Shown here: positions 20,855 to 29,290 of the stretch, piece after piece
How positions within the stretch are numbered: position 1 is the stretch's first letter
Layout of the letters: the number at the start of each line of letters is the position of its first letter
Assembly: GCA_949291725.1 (NCBI GenBank)
Contig: CASEWU010000153.1
Coordinates: 1-47,323, forward strand
From: an uncultured Bacillota bacterium
GTDB lineage: Bacteria; Bacillota; Clostridia; Christensenellales; Borkfalkiaceae
DNA: 47,323 nt
Direction: 5' to 3'
Made by a program: the position numbers and the translations under genes
Notes under the pieces: generated by a model
Database searches by the model: none
What the model was told of the DNA's origin: nothing
Seen by the model: only the letters and a program-made list of their open reading frames with translations

Positions 20855-21379
20855 TCAGCCGTTTTTCTTTTCCGCGATCGCGTTGAGCGCAACCACAACA
20901 CCTCTGAGCATTGCGGAAAGCACACCTGCAAAATTTGCGATCGGAGCCTGCATGGAACCGAGCATCTTTGCAATGAGTTCTTCTTTCGAAGGCATCGTTG
21001 CGAGAGCTTTGATCCCGTTGACATCCACATACGCACCGTCTACATAGGCGCTCTTCGGGATGATCTTTTCGGGCATCGCCTTCACCGCATCCGCAAAAAT
21101 CTTTGCGGCAGCCGTTTCGTCCGGGCTGAACGCGGTTGCGGTCGGGCCGTTCAGATCGTTATCGAAAGCAGTTACGCCGAGTTCGTTCATCGCCTTGCGT
21201 ACGAGCGTGTTTTTATAAACTTTATACTCTACGCCGACAGCACGGAACTTGTTACGCAGTTCGGAAACTTCTGCAACCGTAAGGCCCTTGTAATCGACAA
21301 AAATAACCGACTTGCTGTTCTGGATCTTCGCTTTGATCTCTTCGACTACCTGCTTTTTTGCCTCTAAATTAGCCGACAT
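20855..21379 (-). CDS. rplJ: 50S ribosomal protein L10
   Basis: DYKGLTV, KVYKNTL, LATMPSKEELIAK. Confidence 0.99.
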   Translation of the reverse strand: MSANLEAKKQVVEEIKAKIQNSKSVIFVDYKGLTVAEVSELRNKFRAVGVEYKVYKNTLVRKAMNELGVTAFDNDLNGPTATAFSPDETAAAKIFADAVKAMPEKIIPKSAYVDGAYVDVNGIKALATMPSKEELIAKMLGSMQAPIANFAGVLSAMLRGVVVALNAIAEKKNG

Positions 21380-21405
21380 TGTTTACCTCCTATAAATATT
21401 TACCT

Positions 21406-21939
21406 CACAAAAATTGTTTTGAGCTGACAAAACAATTTTTCGTGATTCGGGAAAACCCAGCGGGCACGCGGCCTTGCCGCTGGCCGCCCTGTTTTCCCCC
21501 TTTGCAGCGCTTTTTGGGGCACACCTTTTTCGATGCGCCGCAAATTCCTCTTTCCGTCCCCGTCGCTTCCGCGACGTTTCGGGAAAAAGCAAAAGCGTCG
21601 TTTTTGCTTTTTCATACATCTGCTTATTCTCGCGCGCCTCTCGCAAAAGAGTTGCTGCGAACCGCTGCGATCTAAGGGCGACAACAATGTTCGGGCTGTG
21701 CCCTCGGCATTGTTTTCTCCCTCTGCGCGATGCCTGTTACGGCTCTCCGTCTTTTACGCATCGCGCTTTCACCCTCTTTCATAAGCCTCACGGCAAATCG
21801 GGTGCGCGGGCGCAAAAGCGTCGTTTTGCTTGCGCAGTTGTTATTGAAAATTCTCCCACAAAAATAGTTTTGAGCTGTCACACCTATTTTCGTGATTCTC
21901 GCGCGCCTCTCGCAAAAGAGTTGCTGCGAACCGCTGCGA
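21406..21939. repeat. Mosaic of duplicated palindromic modules (REP/BIME-like)
   Basis: Module A 21406-21448 and 21857-21898; module B 45-bp exact copies 21626-21670 and 21895-21939; module C GCAAAAGCGTCGTTTT 21589-21604 and 21812-21827. Confidence 0.85.
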
Positions 21940-21976
21940 GTTTTCGCCGCCGTCCGATCAGATCGGTAAAGCCGCG

Positions 21977-22012
21977 AAAAAAAAGTCCTTGTACCGCGAG
22001 GATACAAGGACT
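21977..22012 (-). terminator. Attenuator terminator of the L10 leader
   Basis: AGTCCTTGTA/TACAAGGACT stem plus U8 on minus; its GCGGTAC is complementary to the leader's 5' GTACCGC (antiterminator). Confidence 0.8.
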
Positions 22013-22042
22013 TGTCCGTAAATTCAAACAGTCTGACGTATT

Positions 22043-22096
22043 ACCTCGGCGGGCTGCTCACGCAATTAAATCAAAGATGCCTGCTTTCTGCGGTAC
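22043..22096 (-). ncRNA. Ribosomal protein L10 leader (cis-regulatory RNA)
   Basis: Minus strand ACCGCAGAAAGCAGG...TTAA...CCCGCCGAGGT resembles the ACCGAAGACAGUAGG..UUAA..CCUACCGAGG L10-leader pattern; lies upstream of rplJ. Confidence 0.8.
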
Positions 22097-22170
22097 TATG
22101 AAATTTTCCTGTACATTATACCGTTTACCCGGTAATCTGTCAACTGTTTTTCGTGCGCCGCGCAAAAATT

Positions 22171-22860
22171 TTACAGTTTCGCGTAGTTCACTTTGATGCC
22201 GGGACCCATCGTGCTGGAAACCGCGACACTCTTGATATACTGGCCTTTCGCCGCAGCCGGTTTTGCTTTGACGATCGCATCCATCAGCGCGGTGAAGTTT
22301 TCAGCAAGTTTTTCCTTGCCGAAGCTCTTCTTTCCGATCGGGCAGTGAATGATCGCGGTTTTATCCAAACGATATTCAACCTTACCGGCTTTCACTTCTG
22401 CGACTGCTTTTGCAACGTCCATTGTAACCGTACCGGACTTCGGGTTCGGCATCAAGCCCTTCGGGCCGAGCACTTTACCGATACGCCCTACCACGCCCAT
22501 CATGTCAGGAGTCGTGATCACGACGTCGAAATCGAACCAGTTTTCCGTCTGGATCTTCTGGATCATTTCTTCCGCACCGACATAATCAGCGCCTGCCTGT
22601 TTTGCGATATCTGCGCGTTCGCCTTTGGCGATGACGAGCACTTTCTTGGTTTTGCCGGTGCCGTTCGGAAGAACGAGCACGCCGCGGACCTGCTGATCCG
22701 CCTGGCGGGGATCGACGCCGAGACGTACGTGCAATTCGATGGTTTCATCGAATTTTGCCTTTGCCGTTTCCACGACAAGGCCGAGCGCCTCATTTGCGTC
22801 ATATAATTTGGAACGATCGTATGCCTTCAAGCTGTCGGCATATTTTTTCCCGTATTTCAT
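22171..22860 (-). CDS. rplA: 50S ribosomal protein L1
   Basis: [35 protein letters not shown]. Confidence 0.99.
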   Translation of the reverse strand: MKYGKKYADSLKAYDRSKLYDANEALGLVVETAKAKFDETIELHVRLGVDPRQADQQVRGVLVLPNGTGKTKKVLVIAKGERADIAKQAGADYVGAEEMIQKIQTENWFDFDVVITTPDMMGVVGRIGKVLGPKGLMPNPKSGTVTMDVAKAVAEVKAGKVEYRLDKTAIIHCPIGKKSFGKEKLAENFTALMDAIVKAKPAAAKGQYIKSVAVSSTMGPGIKVNYAKL

Positions 22861-22873
22861 TTATTTACCTCCT

Positions 22874-22902
22874 TGTGGTTCAAACGAGTTTTCTCTCCCA
22901 CA
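22874..22902 (-). promoter_or_regulatory. Putative L1-binding site upstream of rplA
   Basis: GTGGGAG...GAACCAC stem abutting the RBS, the typical L1 autoregulatory motif. Confidence 0.7.
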
Positions 22903-22915
22903 TTCTCCTTTCTAT

Positions 22916-23341
22916 TTACTCTTCGACGGTAATGCCCATGCTGCGTGCCGTTCCCTTGATCATGCTCTTCGCAGACTCAAGCGAAGTCGTATTCAAATCG
23001 GGCATTTTCAGCTTGGCGATCTCTTCGACCTGTGCCGCAGTAAGTTTTGCAACCTTGTCGCGGTTCGGACGAGCGCTTCCGCTTTCCACCTTAGCAGCCT
23101 TCTTGATAAGGACGGGTGCCGGAGGTGTTTTCAGAATAAACGTGAAAGATCTGTCCTGATAAATCGTGATAACTACGGGGATGATCAGTCCTGCCTGGTC
23201 TGCGGTTTTCGCATTGAATTCCTTGGTAAAGCCGGGAATGTTGATACCGTGCGGGCCGAGCGTCGAACCGACCGGGGGACCCGGGGTAGCTTTACCTGCG
23301 GGCAGCTGAAGCTTTACGACCGCGGTAATTTTTTTAGCCAT
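22916..23341 (-). CDS. rplK: 50S ribosomal protein L11
   Basis: [31 protein letters not shown]. Confidence 0.99.
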   Translation of the reverse strand: MAKKITAVVKLQLPAGKATPGPPVGSTLGPHGINIPGFTKEFNAKTADQAGLIIPVVITIYQDRSFTFILKTPPAPVLIKKAAKVESGSARPNRDKVAKLTAAQVEEIAKLKMPDLNTTSLESAKSMIKGTARSMGITVEE

Positions 23342-23360
23342 AAGTTCTCCTCCTGAGATT

Positions 23361-23403
23361 GTGGTTTTAACAAAGCGCCGAAAAAAATTTGCGCTTCTCC
23401 CAC
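23361..23403 (-). promoter_or_regulatory. Putative L1-binding site upstream of rplK
   Basis: GTGGGAG-AAGCGC...GCGCTT-...AAACCAC stem. Confidence 0.7.
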
Positions 23404-23425
23404 TTTATTAGAAAAGGGAAAAACC

Positions 23426-23995
23426 CTATTCCTGCGTATTATCCGCCGTGCTCTTTTGCACCGCGTCTATTTTTTTGATCTGCACATAGTCAACTTCCAC
23501 GTCCGTATTTCTGCCGAACATAAGCACATTGACTTTAGCCTTCTGTGTGGAATCGTTCAGTTCCTTGATCTCACCGATAAATCCGGCAAGAGGACCCGCA
23601 TCGATGCTGACGCTGTCGCCGACCGCAAAATCTGCATTCACGGCAACTTTTTCAAGCTGCATTTTGCGGACTTCCTCTTCTTTCAGAGGCAGCGGCCTGC
23701 CCTGCGGCCCGACAAAACCGGTTACGCCGCGCGTATTTGTTACCAGATACCACACCTGATTGGAATAAATCATCTTGATAAAGACATAACAGGGCAGAAG
23801 TTTGCGTTCCACAACCTTCTTTTTGCCGTTCTTTTCTTCGATGGTCTGTTCCATCGGGATGCGCAGATCGAAAATACTGTCTTGCAGATTGTTGTTTTCG
23901 ATGAGTTGTTCCAGGCTGCTTTTGACCATCGCTTCATACCCGGAATAGGTATGCAGGACGTACCATTTCGCCTGGCTCTCGCGCGAATTCTCCAT
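23426..23995 (-). CDS. nusG: Transcription antitermination factor NusG
   Basis: WYVLHTYSGYE, VTNTRGVTGFVG, KOW with MFGRNT. Confidence 0.99.
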   Translation of the reverse strand: MENSRESQAKWYVLHTYSGYEAMVKSSLEQLIENNNLQDSIFDLRIPMEQTIEEKNGKKKVVERKLLPCYVFIKMIYSNQVWYLVTNTRGVTGFVGPQGRPLPLKEEEVRKMQLEKVAVNADFAVGDSVSIDAGPLAGFIGEIKELNDSTQKAKVNVLMFGRNTDVEVDYVQIKKIDAVQKSTADNTQE

Positions 23996-24004
23996 AACCT
24001 CTCC

Positions 24005-24232
24005 TTACATTCCGAGGCCGGTGATCAATTCAAGCAGCTTGCTCAGTCCGTAATTGATGCCCGTGAACACGATCAGGAACACGATGACCACTGCAAGTAC
24101 TGCGCCCGTCGATTTGATGACTTTGCCGAACGTAGGCCAAGTAACCTTTTTCAGCTCGGAAAAAACTTCTTTCAGTTTCCTGCCCATTCTCACAAAGATG
24201 TTGGGCTTTTTAACCGCTGTTTTCGCTTTCAT
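24005..24232 (-). CDS. secE: Preprotein translocase subunit SecE
   Basis: ELKKVTWP followed by one TM helix; between rpmG and nusG. Confidence 0.96.
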   Translation of the reverse strand: MKAKTAVKKPNIFVRMGRKLKEVFSELKKVTWPTFGKVIKSTGAVLAVVIVFLIVFTGINYGLSKLLELITGLGM

Positions 24233-24293
24233 TTTTACCTCTGAAATTTTGCGCCGAAACGCCTAAGCGCTCCCCCGCTTATCCTTTAGGTCC

Positions 24294-24455
24294 TTACTTG
24301 GACTCTTTATGCACCGTGTGCTTCTTGCAGAAAGGGCAGTACTTATTCAGCTGCAGTCTTTCCGGATCGTTCTTCTTATTCTTCATCGTATCATAATTTC
24401 TGTGTTTGCATTCGGTGCATTCGAATGTAACTTTTGTTCTGTTTATGGCAGCCAT
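24294..24455 (-). CDS. rpmG: 50S ribosomal protein L33 (Zn type, 53 aa, not in the ORF track)
   Basis: Manual translation [53 protein letters not shown]. Confidence 0.97.
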   Translation of the reverse strand: MAAINRTKVTFECTECKHRNYDTMKNKKNDPERLQLNKYCPFCKKHTVHKESK

Positions 24456-24508
24456 TTTTTAAAAACTCCATGCAAAAAAATCACACCTTCCGCCGGTGTG
24501 TGTTTTAA

Positions 24509-24537
24509 AGTCTATCATAATATTTTTACCTTGTCAA
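24509..24537 (-). promoter_or_regulatory. SigA promoter of rpmG-secE-nusG
   Basis: TTGACA-17 nt-TAGACT with TGn. Confidence 0.7.
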
Positions 24538-24750
24538 CCGTTTTTTACATTCATTTTCTAATTTTCCGTGTTTCCGACCGTCGATTTTATAAAAATCCGC
24601 GCCGTTTCCGTTTTTTTTGCGCTCTGAGCCGAAAATTCCTTGCCTACCCGTGCCTTTTCGGTGTATAATATCCGCGCAAATAAACTGATTATTGTTTTAG
24701 GATCGACAACTCATCTTATTATATAAATAATGAAAAGGAGAATTTGCGAC

Positions 24751-25923
24751 ATGAAGGCACTCAAGCTTTGCGAAGGCGTCTATTGGGTCGGCGCCATCGA
24801 CTGGAATCTCAGAAATTTCCACGGATATGAAACGGAAAAAGGTTCTTCCTACAACGCTTATCTGATTCTCGATGAAAAAATTACCCTGATCGACACGGTC
24901 AAGGAAGGATTCGAAAGCGAAATGCTTTCTCGCATATCTTCCGTGATCGATCCTTCAAAAATCGACATCATTGTTTCCAACCATGCGGAACCCGATCACA
25001 GCGGCAGTATTCCTGCCGTTTTGAAAGTTGCGAAAAACGCGAAAATATACACCGCTTTCGGCGCGGGAATCAAAAACCTGACCGCCTACTACGGCGACCT
25101 CGGCTACATCGGAGTAAAGGCGGGCGAATCTCTCTCGCTCGGGAAACATACCCTGCATTTTGTCCCCACCCCCATGGTGCATTGGCCGGACAACATGGTA
25201 ACTTATATGACGCCCGACAATATTCTGTTTTCCAACGACGCATTCGGTCAGCATTATGCCTCCGACGAACGTCTGGACACAGATTGCGATCTTGCGGAAG
25301 CATTCATTCAGGCTCGCAAATACTATGCCAACATCGTACAGCCTTACGGCATGCAGACAGGAAAAGCTCTGGCGGCCTGTGCAGGGCTTCAGATCGATCT
25401 GATCTGCCCGAGCCACGGCATCTGCTGGACAAAACATATTCCCGACATTCTCGCGCTCTACAAATCCTGGGTCGCCAATGAATACGACGATACGGCGATC
25501 ATCGTTTACGATACGATGTGGCATTCCACGGAAAGCATGACGCATGCCATCGAAAACGCTTTCCTTGCCTGCGGTCTGAAACCGCGCCTTTACAATCTGC
25601 ATTACAGCCACAATTCGGACATCATCGCAGATGCAATGACCGCTAAATATATTGCCGTCGGGTCTCCTACGCTCAACAACAACATGATGCCTTCGATCGC
25701 TTCCTTCCTGACCTACTTTAAAGGTCTGACCGGCAACAAGAAAAAATTTATTGCGTTCGGCTCATACGGCTGGGGCGGACAATCCCCCGATCAGGTTTAT
25801 GAAGCATTGGCCGCTTCGAAATGCGAAGCGCTTCTCCCTGCCATCAAGCAGGCGTACAAGCCTTCCGCAGAACAGCTTAGCAAAATCGAACAGGATGTCA
25901 TCACGGCGATCCGCCAGGGCTGA
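24751..25923 (+). CDS. fprA: FprA-family flavodiiron protein
   Basis: YWVGAIDW, SYNAYLI, NHAEPDHSGS, HWPD, FSNDAFGQH, PSHG; flavodoxin TMWHST and FGSYGWGG; AAGGAG RBS. Confidence 0.96.
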   Translation: MKALKLCEGVYWVGAIDWNLRNFHGYETEKGSSYNAYLILDEKITLIDTVKEGFESEMLSRISSVIDPSKIDIIVSNHAEPDHSGSIPAVLKVAKNAKIYTAFGAGIKNLTAYYGDLGYIGVKAGESLSLGKHTLHFVPTPMVHWPDNMVTYMTPDNILFSNDAFGQHYASDERLDTDCDLAEAFIQARKYYANIVQPYGMQTGKALAACAGLQIDLICPSHGICWTKHIPDILALYKSWVANEYDDTAIIVYDTMWHSTESMTHAIENAFLACGLKPRLYNLHYSHNSDIIADAMTAKYIAVGSPTLNNNMMPSIASFLTYFKGLTGNKKKFIAFGSYGWGGQSPDQVYEALAASKCEALLPAIKQAYKPSAEQLSKIEQDVITAIRQG

Positions 25924-25960
25924 CTTCCCGCCCCCCTATAAAATTTAACGTCAATCACCT

Positions 25961-25993
25961 GCCGACACGGTAAATTTCCGTGTCGGCTTTTTT
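25961..25993 (+). terminator. fprA terminator
   Basis: GCCGACACGG/CCGTGTCGGC plus T6. Confidence 0.85.
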
Positions 25994-26336
25994 CACAATA
26001 AAAATATCGACCAGATCCGACTTTTCCTTCTGCCCCTGACCCTGTCCCTCTTTTCTTTCTTACGACATATTCTGAACACGGATCAACCGTCCCGAAATTC
26101 AGCTTGCCTGTCTTCAACAAACAGGAATTTAAAATCCCTGCCTCTTCGCACTTTTCTTTTATCCCCCTGTTTTTTCTTGCAGACTTCTTCTTATCCGGTC
26201 CTTTTGATTCCATCGCTTCCGAATTTCCCGCTCTTAGCATTTTTGCCGTCCGCATCTTATGGTGCTTTGATTTCCCGCTGTCTTTTAAAACCCTGTTCTC
26301 ACGCCCTTCCATTTTATTCACGCGAAGAATCATAAA

Positions 26337-26379
26337 AAGGCGGCAGCCGAAAAGACTTATCTTTTTCGGCTGCCGCCTT
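26337..26379 (-). terminator. Terminator hairpin after the small repeat protein
   Basis: 17-bp stem AAGGCGGCAGCCGAAAA/TTTTCGGCTGCCGCCTT. Confidence 0.75.
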
Positions 26380-26453
26380 AATTTTCTCTGCATCAGACAG
26401 GCAATTCCGCTTCCCGAAACTGCCTTTTCCATATTCACGAAGCGGTCAAGGGT

Positions 26454-26651
26454 TCAGATATTGTTTCCGAGAAAATTGGTAATCAGATTCCCCTTCCCGA
26501 CCAGCCGACGGTCTTTGTCGTATGTTTTGTCGCTTTCGGGATTATAATAACCGAGCATCCGGTAATCGGAATCATACACGGTGATCTTGCCCGTAGCCCC
26601 CGTCGAAGTATAACCGATCAGCTGCATATCAGAATCATACAGTTTTTGCAT
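26454..26651 (-). CDS. Small beta-repeat protein (65 aa)
   Basis: AAGGAGG RBS; three YD(S/K)Dxx(L/M)xG repeats. Confidence 0.8.
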   Translation of the reverse strand: MQKLYDSDMQLIGYTSTGATGKITVYDSDYRMLGYYNPESDKTYDKDRRLVGKGNLITNFLGNNI

Positions 26652-26719
26652 AGAAACAGCCCTCCTTATTTTCATTATAGAGATATTTCGACGCAAAAAC
26701 AAGAGTACGTGCCACTTTT

Positions 26720-27661
26720 TTATAAACCAATTTTCGATGAATCGCGTTTCGTGCGGACCGGCCGCACAAATGTCTTTTGCGTATCCACGCCGGACAAAAA
26801 GCCCTTCCCGAAATCCTCACGAGACAGAGCTTTCCCCTCTTGAAGATTGCAGAAAAACTGACAGATAAGCCGACAGCTTTCTCGTACCGCAAGATCGAAA
26901 AGCGAATCGGCATTGTCTTCATAGATCGGACCCGGATCCGACAAATTCGACCAATGTTCTTTTGAGCCGTTTAAGATTCTCTGATCCGGCTCCTCTCGCC
27001 GGCAAAGCACGCTCAAAACTTGCGGCAAATGCAGAAGCTGTTCACTCCTTTCAAAAAAACGACGCTTGCGAAAGTTTTTATCCGTAAAAAAACGTTCAAA
27101 CAAAAAATACCGCGAGATTGCCCTTCGCAAAGAATTTTCCGAAACATTCGGCAGCCCGTTTGCAGCACAGACTGCCCGTATCAGTGCGGCAATCTCTTTG
27201 GAACCCCCGTTCCCCTTACGCAGTCGGCATTCATAACGATTCACGCTCGTCTGACAGAATTTCTTGACAAAATAAGTATCCAGATCACTTTCGATATAAG
27301 AATGCCATCGCACTCTGCGCGACGGCTCTTCCTTATAAAATTTTTGAGTCAGACTGTATACATACGGATGAAACACACAATCCGCCGCATAATGAGTAAT
27401 ATAACCGGCTATATAAGATAAGACCGTTTCATCGGCATTGACGGCCGCTTTTCGGAAGGCTTCAAACGTTTCATAGACCTTTTCATTATGAAACACCTTT
27501 CCGAGATTTTTGCGCCGAAATAAGTGTAAAAAATAAAATATATCCGCTCCCTGTGCTCCCAAATCGAACGAAAACAGATCCCCTATACGGCTGCGTAATT
27601 TTTCAGGAAGTGCTTCGTATACTTTTTCGGCAATAATCTGATGCGTGTATTCGGCTGGCAT
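26720..27661 (-). CDS. Zinc-dependent phospholipase C family protein
   Basis: N-terminal MP..YTH, GAQGADIF, GYITHYAAD..FHPYV, HSYIESDLD; start trimmed to MPAEY. Confidence 0.85.
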   Translation of the reverse strand: MPAEYTHQIIAEKVYEALPEKLRSRIGDLFSFDLGAQGADIFYFLHLFRRKNLGKVFHNEKVYETFEAFRKAAVNADETVLSYIAGYITHYAADCVFHPYVYSLTQKFYKEEPSRRVRWHSYIESDLDTYFVKKFCQTSVNRYECRLRKGNGGSKEIAALIRAVCAANGLPNVSENSLRRAISRYFLFERFFTDKNFRKRRFFERSEQLLHLPQVLSVLCRREEPDQRILNGSKEHWSNLSDPGPIYEDNADSLFDLAVRESCRLICQFFCNLQEGKALSREDFGKGFLSGVDTQKTFVRPVRTKRDSSKIGL

Positions 27662-27887
27662 TGCACCCGTATTCCTCCCCGGCAAGCTCCTCCCCGACAT
27701 TGTCGCTCCGATCATCATCGCAATTTATGCCGGTTTGGAAACCTTTACCCATTTCTTTCATATATATATTATATACATTTTTTGCACATTCGTACTGTTT
27801 TTTTAAGAATAAAAATAAATGCCAACGGATATTGCTGCAATTGATCAAAAGTTTTTAAAAAAAATCAAAAATATAATGCAAATTCGC

Positions 27888-27916
27888 TTGCAATTCTTCT
27901 GAATATTTGGTATAGT
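27888..27916 (+). promoter_or_regulatory. SigA promoter of the tRNA operon
   Basis: TTGCAA-17 nt-TATAGT with TGn, 16 nt before tRNA-Val. Confidence 0.75.
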
Positions 27917-27932
27917 ATATAAGCGTTCGAAC

Positions 27933-28008
27933 GGAAGTTTAGCTCAGTTGGGAGAGCATCTGCCTTACAAGCAGGGGGTCATAGGTTCGAGCCCTATAAC
28001 TTCCACCA
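27933..28008 (+). tRNA. tRNA-Val(TAC)
   Basis: 76-nt cloverleaf, acceptor GGAAGTT/AACTTCC, GTTCGA T-loop, CCA end. Confidence 0.97.
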
Positions 28009-28043
28009 ATAATTTAATTTATAAATACAGTGCGGAATGAAAT

Positions 28044-28118
28044 GCGGGAATGGCTCAGGGGTAGAGCGTCACCTTGCCAAGGTGAATGTCGCGAGTTCGA
28101 ATCTCGTTTCCCGCTCCA
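28044..28118 (+). tRNA. tRNA-Gly(GCC)
   Basis: GCGGGAA/TTCCCGC acceptor, loop TTGCCAA, CCA end. Confidence 0.97.
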
Positions 28119-28142
28119 ATATAACTTCCGCACTTATTTTTT

Positions 28143-28217
28143 GGCGCTATAGCCAAGTGGTAAGGCAAGGGCCTGCAAAGCCCTGATTCCCCGGTTCAAA
28201 TCCGGGTGGCGCCTCCA
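28143..28217 (+). tRNA. tRNA-Cys(GCA)
   Basis: GGCGCTA/TGGCGCC acceptor, loop CTGCAAA, U discriminator, CCA end. Confidence 0.97.
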
Positions 28218-28219
28218 AA

Positions 28220-28257
28220 AAAAGCCTCCGCTTCGCTGCAGCGAAGCGGAGGCTTTT
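28220..28257 (+). terminator. tRNA operon terminator
   Basis: AAAAGCCTCCGCTTCGCTG/CAGCGAAGCGGAGGCTTTT palindrome. Confidence 0.85.
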
Positions 28258-28262
28258 GTCCA

Positions 28263-28841
28263 ATGAAAATTATCATGGAAACCGAAAGGCTTTTTCTTCG
28301 AGAACTCACCCCGAGCGACCTGGAAGACATGAAGCGCGTTTTACAGGATAAAGACGTCATGTACGCTTACGAGCATGCATTTTCGGATGAAGAAGTCCTC
28401 CAATGGCTGAACAACCAGCTTGCACGTTACAAGAAAGACGGCATCGGCCTTTGGGCAGTTATCCTGAAAGATACCGATCGGATGATCGGACAATGCGGTT
28501 TGACCTATCAAAAGGCTGGCGATAAAACATTGTTAGAAGTCGGCTATTTATTTGAAAAAGATTATTGGCATCGAGGATATGCAAGCGAAGCAGCTTTCAC
28601 CTGTATCTGCTACGCTATCGATGTTTTGGACGCAAAAAAAGTTTATTCCATTATACGTGAAAACAATTTCCCCTCGCAGAAGGTTGCACTTCGAAATCAC
28701 ATGACTCTTTGCGGAAAAACCGTAAAACATTATTACGGAATGGATATGCCGCACCAAATCTACTGCGTCAATGCGGAGGAAATCGATCGGATTCGTGATG
28801 AACTTTATCAGGTACCTTTATCGAACGGAAAATTCGCATAG
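28263..28841 (+). CDS. GNAT N-acetyltransferase (RimJ/RimL family)
   Basis: ETERLFLRE, GLWAV, IGQCGL, EVGY...YWHRGYASEAA, NFPSQKVA; start trimmed to MKIIM. Confidence 0.92.
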   Translation: MKIIMETERLFLRELTPSDLEDMKRVLQDKDVMYAYEHAFSDEEVLQWLNNQLARYKKDGIGLWAVILKDTDRMIGQCGLTYQKAGDKTLLEVGYLFEKDYWHRGYASEAAFTCICYAIDVLDAKKVYSIIRENNFPSQKVALRNHMTLCGKTVKHYYGMDMPHQIYCVNAEEIDRIRDELYQVPLSNGKFA

Positions 28842-28870
28842 TTTGTAATTGCTTTTGCCCCGATTTTTCT

Positions 28871-28912
28871 ATGCTTGCGTTGTGAAATTGCAAACGCGCA
28901 GGACTTAAAATC
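28871..28912 (+). pseudogene. Degenerate 5' half of tRNA-Leu (copy A)
   Basis: 31/43 positions match the intact gene's 5' half by hand alignment; ends in GGACTTAAAATC at the anticodon loop. Confidence 0.75.
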
Positions 28913-29010
28913 AGACGGCATCCCCTGTTTTTGATCAAAACTAACTATAATTGAATAAATTTTTCATATGCCGCTGTGGCGAAACTGGCAGACGCAAGGG
29001 ACTTAAAATC
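28904..29010 (+). repeat. Left copy of the ~107-bp imperfect direct repeat (core-spacer-5' tRNA half-core)
   Basis: 87/107 identical to 47131-47236 by hand alignment. Confidence 0.9.
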
Positions 29011-29058
29011 CCTCGAAAGTAAAATTTCGTACCGGTTCGAGTCCGGTCAGCGGCACCA
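28970..29058 (+). tRNA. tRNA-Leu(TAA)
   Basis: 89 nt, GCCGCTG/CAGCGGC acceptor, loop CTTAAAA, long variable arm, CCA end. Confidence 0.97.
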
Positions 29059-29151
29059 AAAAACCACTATATATGGTAGATTTTAGATTTAATTTGCTGT
29101 ATATTGTGGTTTTTTCTTTTTGTCTTTTTTACGTCTTTCATCCCCTCTATA

Positions 29152-29256
29152 TTCCCCAAAAAACAAAATGTTAAATGTTTGATTTTAACACGCCAAATTC
29201 ACAAAAATTCGAGCTAAAATCCGTGAAACACCGATTTTGGGGAAAGTTTTGGGGAA
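29152..29256. repeat. Putative integrase arm-type sites, left end
   Basis: TTTTGGGGAA direct repeats at 29235-44 and 29247-56; inverted TTCCCCAAAA at 29152-61. Confidence 0.6.
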
Positions 29257-29290
29257 TAGATTGTATGTTTTTTACATTTTTATAGTCCGT

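Noticed and set aside
21383-22196. ORFs and a possible CRISPR array in the rplJ upstream repeats
   Set aside because: Each module occurs only twice with irregular spacing; the ORFs are translations of hairpin repeats
24309-24668. 119-aa plus-strand ORF
   Set aside because: Antisense to rpmG and its promoter
25797-26547. 213-aa minus and 147-aa plus ORFs
   Set aside because: They run through two terminators and a pyrimidine-skewed spacer; low-complexity translation, no RBS
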